Below, one piece after another: positions 47,314 to 57,481 of a stretch of 64,000 bases of DNA. The notes under the pieces were generated by a model. It did no database searches, was not told the origin of the DNA, and saw nothing but the letters and a program-made list of their open reading frames with translations. Position numbers and translations under genes: made by a program. Each line of letters starts with the position of its first letter. Position 1 is the first letter of the stretch. Source of the stretch: Gammaproteobacteria bacterium. Its GTDB lineage: Bacteria > Pseudomonadota > Gammaproteobacteria > CBDBNL01 > JAAOII01. The stretch spans positions 1,408,935-1,472,934 of the forward strand of contig OZ242303.1 in assembly GCA_965207945.1 (NCBI GenBank), read 5' to 3'.

Positions 47314-48453
47314 TTACAAACCTGTATCGCCACCCTTATCGCTACCTGCATCACCCCCTGCAACACCCCCTGCAACACCAGAGGTGAGAAGGATTTTTTC
47401 TTCAGTTTTTAAGGGATCAATGATTAAATCAAGGTCGCCAAGCATTATACCGTCCAAAGCATGCAGAGTTAGTCCCAAACGATGGTCGGTAACTCTATTC
47501 TGCGGGTAATTATAAGTTCGCACCTTCTCTGCCCTATCCCCGCTTCCCACCAAACTCTTTCTTAGCTGCGCCTCCTCCTCTTGTTGCTTAGTTTGTTCTG
47601 CCAGCAAAAGTTTTGCATTCAAAATAGCCATTGCCTTCTCCTTGTTGCGATGCTGCGAACGCTCTTCCTGGCACTCAGCGGTTACACCAGTGGGCAAGTG
47701 AGTTATACGCACTGCCGAATCAGTTTTGTTGATATGTTGTCCGCCGGCGCCGCTGGCGCGATAGGTATCAATTCTTAAATCAACTTTCTTTACCATAATA
47801 GCCGCGCTGTCTGTTGGGCTAACTTCTGGCAAAATAGCAACCGTGCAGGTTGAAGTATGGAGTCGTCCTTTGGCTTCAGTTTTTGGTACCCGCTGCACGC
47901 GATGAGTGCCTGACTCAAACTTCATATCGCCATAAACTCCGCTCCCCTTTATGTATAGCACCGCAAGCTTATAGCCACCCTTTTCAGAATAGTTTAGATT
48001 AACAATTTCTTTAGTCCAACCACGTTTATCCGCATAACGTTGATACATTGATAGAAGGTCGCCACCAAAAATTGCCGCTTCATCACCGCCAGCGCCAGCG
48101 CGTATTTCTAAGTAGATATTGCGCTTGTCTGCGGAATTATCACCGATTAGTTCGGACTGAATTAAAGCATCTTGTTGTTGCAACTGTTCTTTAAGTTGAG
48201 CGTGTTCAACTGCGGCAAGGTTGCGAATATCTTCATCAGCATCCTTAAGCATGGTTGATGCCTGCTGATATTCTTCTTCCAGTTTTTCATATTCTTCAAA
48301 CAAATTCAGAACACTTCTTAAGTCAGCCACTTCCTTGCCATAGTCGCGGCGTAAATTGTTATCGCTCAACACTTCAGGAGACATCAATAGATTATTAATC
48401 TCCTCATGACGTTTTTGCATCTTTTTAAGATGCTGCCGTTGTTTATCGTTCAT
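47314..48453 (-). CDS. prfA: Peptide chain release factor 1 with a Gly/Val/Ala-rich C-terminal tail
   Basis: PxT-type recognition region and the GGQ motif (SGAGGQHINKTDSAVRITHLPTG). Confidence 0.9.
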   Translation of the reverse strand: MNDKQRQHLKKMQKRHEEINNLLMSPEVLSDNNLRRDYGKEVADLRSVLNLFEEYEKLEEEYQQASTMLKDADEDIRNLAAVEHAQLKEQLQQQDALIQSELIGDNSADKRNIYLEIRAGAGGDEAAIFGGDLLSMYQRYADKRGWTKEIVNLNYSEKGGYKLAVLYIKGSGVYGDMKFESGTHRVQRVPKTEAKGRLHTSTCTVAILPEVSPTDSAAIMVKKVDLRIDTYRASGAGGQHINKTDSAVRITHLPTGVTAECQEERSQHRNKEKAMAILNAKLLLAEQTKQQEEEAQLRKSLVGSGDRAEKVRTYNYPQNRVTDHRLGLTLHALDGIMLGDLDLIIDPLKTEEKILLTSGVAGGVAGGDAGSDKGGDTGL

Positions 48454-48465
48454 TTATTTTCAAGG

Positions 48466-49725
48466 TTATGCATCATCCTTTTTTATTAGGTTATTTTGTA
48501 TATGGAGTAATGATTTTATATCGTTATTATTTGTGCCTTCTTTTATCATCTCAGTAGGTCCATGGCTTAATTTAGCAGTCAATCTATCCGCCAGTTGCCT
48601 CATAGTTTTTTGCGTCTTTTCATCCCCATCCTTCACTTCATTTAATGCCTTTTGCAGTTCTTGTTGTTTCCAGTCGTCAACCTGGGCGCGATACCCCTTC
48701 AATATATCGTTAGAAGAAACCACAGTAGATAAGTATGTATTTATTTCTTTTTCAATTAGCAGTTCTGCCTTGCCTATTTCTTTTTCTTTTAGAGCGCGAT
48801 TATTGGTCAGCACGGTTTCCAAGTCCTTCAAAGTATATAGATAAACCTGGTCAAGTTCATCTACAGAATCTTCAACATCATGTGGCAGCGACATGTCACT
48901 GATGAATAATGGTTTCCTACCCCATTTTTTTACTGCATCTTCCACCATGCCCTTGCCAATTAATATGGTTGGACCTGAGGTTGAAGTGAAAATTGCATTA
49001 ACCCGCGGCAGGTAAGATGATATATCCATCAAGGCGAGCGCCTCACCCTTATATTTTTTTGCCAGTTGTTCGGCTTTAGCATAAGTGCGGTTTGCTATAT
49101 ATAGTTTTTTAATGCCGCGCGAATGCAGATACTCTGCAGTTAGACGGGCATTTTCTCCTGCTCCCACCACTAGTGCATTATTTTCGCTTAAATCTCCAAG
49201 CATTCTGCTGGCAATGTTCACCGCAGTGGATGCCAGAGTTATAGTATGCTTACCAATGTCTGTACTGCTGCGCACCTTCTTGGTTGTAGCAAAGATAAAC
49301 TGTATTATCCCATCCAGAGGACCGCTGAGACATCCTTGCGCTTGGGCTATTTTATAGCCATCCTTAATTTGACCCAGCACCTGCGTCTCTCCCAGAGCCA
49401 TTGAATCAAGCCCACTTGCTACTTTTAGCAGATGAATCATAGCCGTTTTATCTTCATATTGATATATAAAATTACTGATGCTTGAAGCGGCAATATGATG
49501 AAAGCCCGCCAGCCAAGCAATGATACTACTACGTTCGGCATCCCCATAATAATAAATTTCGGTGCGATTGCAAGTTGACAGAATAAACCCCTGCTCCACC
49601 CCGGTGATTTGGTTTAGCGAAATAAGCGCTTCTATAATGTTGTCTTTATGAAAGGCGATATGCTCACGCACACTCAGTGGAGAGGTGAGATGATTACAGC
49701 CGATTATTGAGAAACTGGCGGTCAT
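48466..49725 (-). CDS. hemA: Glutamyl-tRNA reductase
   Basis: Catalytic Cys context (ILSTCNRTEIY) and an NADPH Rossmann motif (VVGAGENARL). It is in the hemA-prfA order. Confidence 0.85.
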   Translation of the reverse strand: MTASFSIIGCNHLTSPLSVREHIAFHKDNIIEALISLNQITGVEQGFILSTCNRTEIYYYGDAERSSIIAWLAGFHHIAASSISNFIYQYEDKTAMIHLLKVASGLDSMALGETQVLGQIKDGYKIAQAQGCLSGPLDGIIQFIFATTKKVRSSTDIGKHTITLASTAVNIASRMLGDLSENNALVVGAGENARLTAEYLHSRGIKKLYIANRTYAKAEQLAKKYKGEALALMDISSYLPRVNAIFTSTSGPTILIGKGMVEDAVKKWGRKPLFISDMSLPHDVEDSVDELDQVYLYTLKDLETVLTNNRALKEKEIGKAELLIEKEINTYLSTVVSSNDILKGYRAQVDDWKQQELQKALNEVKDGDEKTQKTMRQLADRLTAKLSHGPTEMIKEGTNNNDIKSLLHIQNNLIKKDDA

Positions 49726-50450
49726 TTGCTATGCACCTGATGCATCATTGTATCCATTTTTGTTAGCGCCAGTTCATAGAAGCTTGCTTTGCTATGCCCC
49801 TGCGGATTAAGTGGAGTGCCGATAATAACCTTAATCGTGCCTGGATACATAATGAACTTATGGGGAGGAAGTAGTTCGCCAGAATTATGCGCCACTAACA
49901 AAAGAGGAAAGCCGCTAAGTAAGGATATATTAGCCGCGCTGGGGTTGAATTTATCTATGCCGAACCCTGCTGTGTTTGGGGCAGACCTTGTCCCCTGTGG
50001 AAATATGAGCAAATTATACCCTTCATTAAGGCGCGCTACTCCTTGGGTATAAATCCTCTTCATTGATTGCAGCAGATTGGAACGTTGCAGAATAATTGGT
50101 TTCAATAGCAATAGTGCTTGACCAAAAAACGGCAATCTAATAAGCTCTTCTTTGAGCACGGTAACCGAAGGAATTCTTAACACGGTTAGCGCGAACGCCT
50201 CCCACGAGCTTTGGTGGTTTGCCATTATTACATAATTTTGCCCTGCAGGGATTGCGCTTTCATAATGATATGAAACGCGAATATTGCAGCACAGGAATAG
50301 CCATATCTCATAGCACTTATAAAAGAAACAACATATATAAGTGCGTTTTTTTAATGGCAACCAAACAGAAATTAACACCATTGATAACGCCCATAGCAGA
50401 ATAATAATAATATAGCCGGGATAAAAAAGCATGCTGCGGATAGTTATCAT
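49722..50450 (-). CDS. 1-acyl-sn-glycerol-3-phosphate acyltransferase-like (LPLAT family)
   Basis: N-terminal TM helix, an acyltransferase motif I variant (ANHQSSWE) and motif III (FPQGTRS). Confidence 0.6.
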   Translation of the reverse strand: MITIRSMLFYPGYIIIILLWALSMVLISVWLPLKKRTYICCFFYKCYEIWLFLCCNIRVSYHYESAIPAGQNYVIMANHQSSWEAFALTVLRIPSVTVLKEELIRLPFFGQALLLLKPIILQRSNLLQSMKRIYTQGVARLNEGYNLLIFPQGTRSAPNTAGFGIDKFNPSAANISLLSGFPLLLVAHNSGELLPPHKFIMYPGTIKVIIGTPLNPQGHSKASFYELALTKMDTMMHQVHSK

Positions 50451-50533
50451 CTGAGAAGCGCCGAACGTGGCTTAAGTAAGTATTTGCCCGCTGCTGGCGC
50501 GAATGCGTAGCGTGAAATTAACATTACCGTTAG

Positions 50534-51346
50534 CTAAGCTGCTTGAATTTTTTTGCGCAGGAAGACCGGAGTATCAGGAGTGGAATCAGATGGACTGAAA
50601 GAATAGCCAGCCAAATTAAAGGAGAGTAAATCATTTGACTTAGAGAGTCCATTCTGAATGATATAACGTGCCATCATACCACGCGCTTTCTTGGCAAGTA
50701 ATCCAATAACCTTGTATTGCCCATTCTTATAATCCTTAAACTTAGGGGTAATCACATTACCTTGTATTTTAGACGGCAGCACTGAGGCAAAGTATTCATT
50801 AGAGGCAAGATTAACTAATAGCTTATCGCCCGCCTCCTCCATCTGTTGCCCTAAAAGCATAGTTATTTTATCGCCCCAAAAATCATAGAGGTTTCTGCCA
50901 TGTTTGTTAGCAAGTGATGAACCCATTTCTAAACGATAAGCAAGAATTAAATCCAGTGGTTTAAGCAGTCCAAACAAACCAGATAGTATACGCAGCCGTT
51001 GTTGCATGTAGGTTATGTCCTGTTGGTTGAGCGTAGTAACGTCCAGCCCTTGATATACATCGCCATGAAAAAAGAAAGCAGCACAATAAGCGTTATGTGA
51101 GGTCAGTGGCAAAGAAAAGTTCTTGTATCTTTGCAAGTTTAAAGCGGCAAGTTGCGGACTAATTCCCATAAGTTGCATAAGTTGCTGCTCGCTCATTTTT
51201 GTGAGGATGGAAATTAACTCTTGTGCCTCAGCAGTAAATGCAGGAATAGTTGGCTGTGCCTGTGGTGCATCAGGCGCTGCTGCTCCCATGCCTCCTGGGG
51301 CTATATTCTCATTGAGTTTCTTTGCTGGCGAAATAACAATAAACAT
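50534..51346 (-). CDS. yaaA: Peroxide stress protein YaaA (UPF0246)
   Basis: MFIVISPAKKLN N-terminus and YaaA-length helix-hairpin-helix fold, with an Ala/Pro-rich insert. Confidence 0.8.
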   Translation of the reverse strand: MFIVISPAKKLNENIAPGGMGAAAPDAPQAQPTIPAFTAEAQELISILTKMSEQQLMQLMGISPQLAALNLQRYKNFSLPLTSHNAYCAAFFFHGDVYQGLDVTTLNQQDITYMQQRLRILSGLFGLLKPLDLILAYRLEMGSSLANKHGRNLYDFWGDKITMLLGQQMEEAGDKLLVNLASNEYFASVLPSKIQGNVITPKFKDYKNGQYKVIGLLAKKARGMMARYIIQNGLSKSNDLLSFNLAGYSFSPSDSTPDTPVFLRKKIQAA

Positions 51347-51681
51347 ACATAATTATAGAATACTGCGGTTAATATTACAAGTAAAAGATAAGAGTTTGTT
51401 GATGGAACATTACTTCGCTTATATAGACACCGCTTAATAAGCACCCCCTTAATAAACACCCCCCTGGGGCATATTGCCAACACATAACAACACCGCGACA
51501 ATGGGAGCCGAGCATAATATTATTATTTCCCCACCATTCCCCATGGCTAGTGTGAAATATTATATCACCAAATTAAATAAACATCAACTAAAATGATTAA
51601 TTATTATAAAAAGATGTAATCAATAAATTAGTGTTTAAGCAAAAAATATTGGAGGTTTTATTTGAGCTATAAGATATAATT

Positions 51682-52566
51682 TTGCTTATGAGAAGAAATA
51701 AATGGACGTATCTTATAATTCTGTGGTTTGGGTTGGGACTGGCTAAATCACCTACTCTGTTACGTTACTTGTGGGTTATGATTATCTTTGGGTTATTAAT
51801 CATTATTCCCAATATCTATAGAAAAAGAGTAAGGAAAAACTTAAAAATGTTTTTCCCTGAAATAAAACCTGCGCAAAGATTACTGCTGATTCATCATAAT
51901 ATGCTGTTAGCATTACAAATAGGTGTGGATATAATTACTGTATGGTTTAGAGGAAAAGATTGGGCTGAAAGCCGTATAAGTAAAATAAATAATAGTGAAC
52001 TTGCGGATACTGCTATGCGGCGCGGAAAAGGAGTTATTTTTATATCGCCTCATTTGGGGAATTGGGAAATGTTATCTCCTTATTTAGGGAAAAAATACAA
52101 ATGCCTTGCCTTGTATAAAGAGGCACGTAATCCGCATTATAACCTTGCCAGCATTGCCTTTCGTAATGCCTGCGGCTTAGAGTCATTGGCAATTAGCCAA
52201 CCAATGTTTGTCAAAAAAGTAATACAAAAATTAAAACAAGGCGGAGGGCTGACATTATTACCAGACCAAAGGCCGCAAGAAAATAAAGGTAGTATTATGG
52301 CAGAATTCTATGGAGTGAATATTCCTTCAGCTATTTTACTTAGCAGAATAACAAAAATAACTGGGGCAGAGATCGTCTGTACCTTTGCCTTGCGCCAGGC
52401 AAACGGAAAGTATGAAGTATTTTTTCAAAAGCCGCACCCAGATATTTATGCAGATGATTTATATACTTCCACGAGGGCAGTTAATAAAAGTGTGGAGAGT
52501 TGCATTGGTAAGAATATCGCCCAATATAATTGGCTACAAAACAAGGTTAAACATTCGCGTAATTAA
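51682..52566 (+). CDS. lpxL: Lipid A biosynthesis lauroyl/myristoyl acyltransferase (LpxL/HtrB family)
   Basis: N-terminal TM helix and HLGNWE (the H(X)4E acyltransferase motif). Confidence 0.75.
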   Translation: MLMRRNKWTYLIILWFGLGLAKSPTLLRYLWVMIIFGLLIIIPNIYRKRVRKNLKMFFPEIKPAQRLLLIHHNMLLALQIGVDIITVWFRGKDWAESRISKINNSELADTAMRRGKGVIFISPHLGNWEMLSPYLGKKYKCLALYKEARNPHYNLASIAFRNACGLESLAISQPMFVKKVIQKLKQGGGLTLLPDQRPQENKGSIMAEFYGVNIPSAILLSRITKITGAEIVCTFALRQANGKYEVFFQKPHPDIYADDLYTSTRAVNKSVESCIGKNIAQYNWLQNKVKHSRN

Positions 52567-53999
52567 CGCCAAGCAATTGGCAATAAAAGCACCACAAAAG
52601 TAAATACTTCCAAGCGTCCTATCAGCATTGCAAAAGAGAGGATGAGTTTCTTGCCGTTTCCCATGTCGGCATAATTAATCGCCGCATCTCCTAAAGCTGG
52701 TCCTAGGTTGTTAATTGTGGCTATGGTGGCAGACCAAGCAGTTAAATGGTCGGCGCCAGTTAGTAGCAGCAAGGACATAATTATAAAAAAACTAACCAGA
52801 TAAATTGAGCAAAAGCCCCAGACCGCTTCCAATATTCTATCGGGGACAGTATTGCCACTAAGACGAACATTGAATACGCCATGCGGATGCACCACCCTTT
52901 TACATTCACGGTGTCCTTGCTTTATTAACAGCAGGAACCTTATTGCTTTTACACCGCCGCCAGCAGAACCAGCGCAACAGCCAATTGAAGCAAAAGCAAA
53001 CATAAAGAATAGGATATTTAACGAGAAGCCGTTGTAGTTATTAAGAGTGTAGCCAGTGGTGGTGATAACCGATATTCCTTGGAATATGGTTGCTATTAGT
53101 GATGCGCCGTCGGTTATCTGCGGTAGCTGTAATAATGTTATGCCAAGTAAGGTTAGCACAATAAATGAAACGAAAAATTTCCATTCAGGGTCCTGCCAAT
53201 AGGGGACTAAACTCTTGCGATCCCATACATAAAAGTGCAAAGCAAAGTTCATTGATGCCAAGAACATAAATAGAATTGCTACCAGCTGAATAGCTGGACT
53301 ATCAAAATAACCAAAGTTCTCTTTATGAGGAGAAAAACCGCCAATGGAAACAGTAGAAAAACTGTGATTAATTGCATCCATAAAATTCATGCCCGCCAGC
53401 ATGTAAGCAAGAGTGCAGGCAACAGTTAGCACTATGTATATGCCCCATAATAACTTTGCGGTCTCGGTTATGCGGGGAGTAAGTTTGGTGTCTTTAACTG
53501 GACCTGGGATTTCTGTGCGATATAGCTGCATGCCTCCTACCCCCAAAACTGGAAGGACTGCAACAGCTAATAGGATAATTCCCATGCCACCAATCCATTG
53601 TAGAAATTGGCGATAGAATAATAGGGATACAGATAGGAGCTCGGTGTCTACCAAAATAGTGGAACCAGTGGTGGTGAGACCTGACATTGATTCAAACCAA
53701 GCATCAACAAAACTAAGTGGCTTGGCAGCAAATACAAAAGGTAAGGTGCCGCAGAATGCCAGGATTAGCCAAGATGATATAGTTATAATCATGCCGTCTC
53801 TGGTGCGCAGGTTTTTTTCATCACTGCTTGAAAAGGAACTAAAGATTAAACCTATTACTAAGATTATGACTATTGATTTTACAAAAGAATACTGCGCCCC
53901 GTCTTGGTAGTACAAAGAAATAAGTAGCGGGATGGTTAATGATAGGGCAAATAGAATAATGAGTATGCCCACCAAGCGAAAGATAATGCCTGTTTTCAT
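52563..53999 (-). CDS. trkH: Trk-system potassium uptake protein TrkH
   Basis: 478-aa ORF with about 10-12 TM helices and selectivity-filter-like GTTG and TGYT motifs in the repeats. Confidence 0.85.
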   Translation of the reverse strand: MKTGIIFRLVGILIILFALSLTIPLLISLYYQDGAQYSFVKSIVIILVIGLIFSSFSSSDEKNLRTRDGMIITISSWLILAFCGTLPFVFAAKPLSFVDAWFESMSGLTTTGSTILVDTELLSVSLLFYRQFLQWIGGMGIILLAVAVLPVLGVGGMQLYRTEIPGPVKDTKLTPRITETAKLLWGIYIVLTVACTLAYMLAGMNFMDAINHSFSTVSIGGFSPHKENFGYFDSPAIQLVAILFMFLASMNFALHFYVWDRKSLVPYWQDPEWKFFVSFIVLTLLGITLLQLPQITDGASLIATIFQGISVITTTGYTLNNYNGFSLNILFFMFAFASIGCCAGSAGGGVKAIRFLLLIKQGHRECKRVVHPHGVFNVRLSGNTVPDRILEAVWGFCSIYLVSFFIIMSLLLLTGADHLTAWSATIATINNLGPALGDAAINYADMGNGKKLILSFAMLIGRLEVFTFVVLLLPIAWR

Positions 54000-54033
54000 T
54001 TTATTTTCATGTCGTTTTTATTTCGCTGGGCGG

Positions 54034-55815
54034 TTAATCCTTGAACTCAATGGGTGGGTAACCCTTAATCTCAATTCCTTTATGAGTTACGTGAATCTCG
54101 TTATCTCCAGTTGGGATGTCTGCCAATTGATAGCGCACCTTAAAATTGCCCGACTCTGCTTGACTTATGTACTCGTTAATTCTTGCCAAAGTTTTTTCAC
54201 GTTTAGGGATAGCTCGTTTAATTTTCTTGCTACCAACCAATTTTTTATACATTGCCTGTGCCTGCTGCGGCGACAAAAGTAGCGCAGTGGCATTATTGCC
54301 CCCAAATCCTTTCGCATTAATCAGGGCTACATCCATTGCTTCTACACCAATATCATTGTGTGCTAAATTAAAGCGCAGGTTTTCAGTGGCAACATCCGTT
54401 GCAAGATGCTGGACGGTGCTTATACCAGGCAATATGCCGTGCTTCCAAAAACCAAGAGCGGTGCTGAGTTGGTCGCCGCCTGCAGTTGCCTGCGAGTGGC
54501 CAAGATATGATTTAATTGCCAGGACGTTCCAGTCCTTTATGCCAAACGCTGCAGCAACCGAAGATAGTATTTGTGATTCTGTTACGCGGTTTTGTGGGGT
54601 TGAGGTGCCGTGGGCATGAACATAAGATGATTTACGCAGAGTTTTACTCCCTAATAATTTTTCGGCGGCATAAGCTGCTTTGCCCATAGTAATGTAGTTG
54701 CCAGGACCAGGAGAAGAGATGGAACGTTTTGCCCCATCTGCGCTGATAAATACATCTGGCACTGCTCCATGGATTGTTGCTCCCAGGTTACAGGCAACTT
54801 CCTCTGATGCCAGAATTACAAATTGCGCCGATTCACCCATTACAAAGCCGGAATTATCACCAAATGGCAAACTCGCTTTGCTGAAGTCGGGGTTGTTGGG
54901 GTTATTGGGGTTGTTGGGATTATTAGAATTACCTTTGTCATTGATGGCGCCGCTAACATCAAGCTTTTTATCTGAAGTCATTGCCCCCATATTGTAAAAA
55001 GCACTCATTAACTGCGGCAGAATTGGCGCTTCGCTGGTGCCAACTACTGCCATACTTAATTCACCAGATTTTATATTATGAGCTGCCAAAGATAGATTGT
55101 AAAGAAAGGTGGCGCAAGCGCCACATTGATTACCTGTTTGCCCCAGATTATTAAGCACATAAGCATTAACGAAGTCAGCGCTCATCTGCGGGTAACTAAA
55201 TGGCAGCTGCTTAGTAATGGTTTTTACGCGGCGCAGCATTGAGGTTAGCACCCCGCCCATACCTGCTAAGTCCAACTGCCCAAGAGAATTACCGGCATAT
55301 ACTGCCAGCTTGTCGGGGGCAACTACTGAGCGAATAGTGGGGATATCCAAACCAGCAGAGTTGAGGGCATCATTGGCGGCAAACACTGCCATCTGTAAAG
55401 AACGGGGGTGATTATGAGATGTGTATAGTTTGCCTGGGTTGAATTCATCTGGCAAGGAAGCAGCAAAACTTATGGGGAATGATTCGGAGTTACCGTTGGT
55501 GCGGTAATAGGAAGTGGTCCGTGGGTCAAAATGATTTGTTTGGTTGATGGCACGAATGAAGAACCTGTCTGCCAAAGCGGCAGGGTCTTTGTTGATGGAG
55601 TGAGTGGCGCTTGATGAGGTAGCACTTGATGAAGTAGTGCTGGAAGATTTTGGGGATTCTTTCTGACTCATCAGTAACTTATGCAGCGAATCGTATAGTT
55701 TCTTCCTTGCTGCAGTTGACAACTCTGGAGCTACTATGTTGCGGTATGCTTGGTCTGTAGACGATATGCCGCCAGAGTTAATCCCGCCGTATCCTATTAT
55801 TAATGGTAAATGCAT
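54034..55815 (-). CDS. Divergent long (593 aa) beta-ketoacyl synthase family protein
   Basis: Cys nucleophile context (GNQCGACATFL), HAHGTSTP and GHSQATAG His motifs in KAS I/II order. It has an atypical N-terminus (IIGYGGINSGG) and Ser/Thr-rich and NPNNPNNPNNP inserts. Confidence 0.7.
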   Translation of the reverse strand: MHLPLIIGYGGINSGGISSTDQAYRNIVAPELSTAARKKLYDSLHKLLMSQKESPKSSSTTSSSATSSSATHSINKDPAALADRFFIRAINQTNHFDPRTTSYYRTNGNSESFPISFAASLPDEFNPGKLYTSHNHPRSLQMAVFAANDALNSAGLDIPTIRSVVAPDKLAVYAGNSLGQLDLAGMGGVLTSMLRRVKTITKQLPFSYPQMSADFVNAYVLNNLGQTGNQCGACATFLYNLSLAAHNIKSGELSMAVVGTSEAPILPQLMSAFYNMGAMTSDKKLDVSGAINDKGNSNNPNNPNNPNNPDFSKASLPFGDNSGFVMGESAQFVILASEEVACNLGATIHGAVPDVFISADGAKRSISSPGPGNYITMGKAAYAAEKLLGSKTLRKSSYVHAHGTSTPQNRVTESQILSSVAAAFGIKDWNVLAIKSYLGHSQATAGGDQLSTALGFWKHGILPGISTVQHLATDVATENLRFNLAHNDIGVEAMDVALINAKGFGGNNATALLLSPQQAQAMYKKLVGSKKIKRAIPKREKTLARINEYISQAESGNFKVRYQLADIPTGDNEIHVTHKGIEIKGYPPIEFKD

Positions 55816-55947
55816 TATTGATTAATCCGCTTTGTGGTAATTCATAGTATTATTTTAGGGAAATATTTTATATTGTTTTATATTGTTTTATAATATAGCT
55901 GAGTGGGGAGAAACCCTCTCTCTAAAAAGGGGATTATTAGATTTGTT

Positions 55948-56020
<73 letters not shown>

Positions 56021-56105
56021 TAATTATACTGGATACTTTTCTGGATGCTTATATTCGTGCTTGTGTTTATGGTCATATACATATCTTCTTTTCTTTCTCT
56101 CCTAT

Positions 56106-57287
56106 TTATTGTCCTCTATGCTGCACGCTTGAAACCAAACGTTCAACAATCTCTACCAGGGGAATACCCGCGTGTGTAAGCAGTTTGGGATACATGCTAA
56201 TTGCGGTAAAGCCAGGAATGGTCTGAACTTCGTTTACCACTATACGGCTTGTCTCTGGCTGGCTATCAGCCAAGAATATATCCAATCTCATAATGTTGCG
56301 GCACTCTAAAATTTTAAATGTCTTAATGGCAATTTGTTTAATCTTATCCACCACTTCAGCAGAGCACTTTGCAGGTACTTCCAATTTTGCTCCTTGTGGG
56401 TCATTATACTTGGCATCATAATCATAAAAGTAATGCTTGCCAGTGACTATTATTTCCCCGGGTAGCGAAACCGTTATGCCGCTTGTATCCTCCAATACCG
56501 AGCATTCCATTTCCCTACCTTGAATATGCTCTTCTAAGATAACCTTGCTGTCAAGCTTAAATGCCTCTTGCACTGCATTAGTAAAATCTGTGGCAGTTGT
56601 TACCCGTTGAATTCCCAGAGATGAACCGAGATTTGCTGGCTTTACCCAAAAAGGCGTTGAGAGTTCTGCAACGGCGCTTTTATAAGTGCTGGCATATACT
56701 TGCTCCTTATCTACGCTTGTTTGAGGATATTCGTCACTTCTAATAGTAATATGTTCAGCAGTATCAATGCCAGCTTGGATTAATAACCTTTTGGTTATAT
56801 CCTTGTCATTAGTGATAGCTGAGGCGGTGACTCCGCCACCTATGTATGGAATGGCACAGGAGTCCAGTGCCCCTTGAATTTTGCCATCTTCACCATAGAT
56901 GCCGTGCAAAACAGGAAACACCATATCTACTGGAATACTCTTGGCGTCAAGTTGTAGCCCCTTTGCCGTGCCGCCGCCTGGAACTATGGATATCCTGCCT
57001 AAAGAAACGTTTTCCTTTGCTGTGCTTGTATCGGGTGTGTCAGTGGAGGGCGAAGGCAAAGAATTGGAGGAATTGGAGGGACTGGAAGGATTGGGGATAT
57101 CTGGGGATGCTACTGAGGGCATAAGATGCCAGGAACCTTGTTTATCAATACATATAAAAATGCACTCATAGCCGGCCTGTTGCAAAGCATCTGCCACCGC
57201 AGTAGCTGAAAGAACCGAGATGTTATGCTCTACTGATTGTCCGCCAAACAATAAAGCCACTCTTATTCCTTTTCTGTCTTTACTCAT
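56106..57287 (-). CDS. ddl: D-alanine--D-alanine ligase with a ~40 aa Ser/Pro/Asn-rich insertion
   Basis: ALLFGGQSVEHNIS N-terminus and an ATP-grasp core (ECSVL, NEVQTIPGFT). The insert is PDIPNPSSPSNSSNSLPSPSTDTPDTS. Confidence 0.85.
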   Translation of the reverse strand: MSKDRKGIRVALLFGGQSVEHNISVLSATAVADALQQAGYECIFICIDKQGSWHLMPSVASPDIPNPSSPSNSSNSLPSPSTDTPDTSTAKENVSLGRISIVPGGGTAKGLQLDAKSIPVDMVFPVLHGIYGEDGKIQGALDSCAIPYIGGGVTASAITNDKDITKRLLIQAGIDTAEHITIRSDEYPQTSVDKEQVYASTYKSAVAELSTPFWVKPANLGSSLGIQRVTTATDFTNAVQEAFKLDSKVILEEHIQGREMECSVLEDTSGITVSLPGEIIVTGKHYFYDYDAKYNDPQGAKLEVPAKCSAEVVDKIKQIAIKTFKILECRNIMRLDIFLADSQPETSRIVVNEVQTIPGFTAISMYPKLLTHAGIPLVEIVERLVSSVQHRGQ

Positions 57288-57443
57288 TCTGCTACTGGTA
57301 GATTAGTTGGTTAGTTGATTAGTAAACACTATAGTGATTATAAAACAAAATTTAGTAAAGAGAGGCGCAAGCATCAAACTAATATAAGGAGAAGCATGCT
57401 CTATCCGTTGGGTGAGACGCAGATCTAACCAAAAATGTTTTAT

Positions 57444-57472
57444 TTGGCAGGTTAGCAAAAATATTCTATAAT
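57444..57472 (+). promoter_or_regulatory. Sigma70-like promoter candidate for aroK: TTGGCA-N17-TATAAT
   Basis: TTGGCA at 57444-57449, a 17-nt spacer and TATAAT at 57467-57472. The predicted transcription start is only ~2-3 nt before ATG 57482. Confidence 0.4.
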
Positions 57473-57481
57473 CTGTTGACT

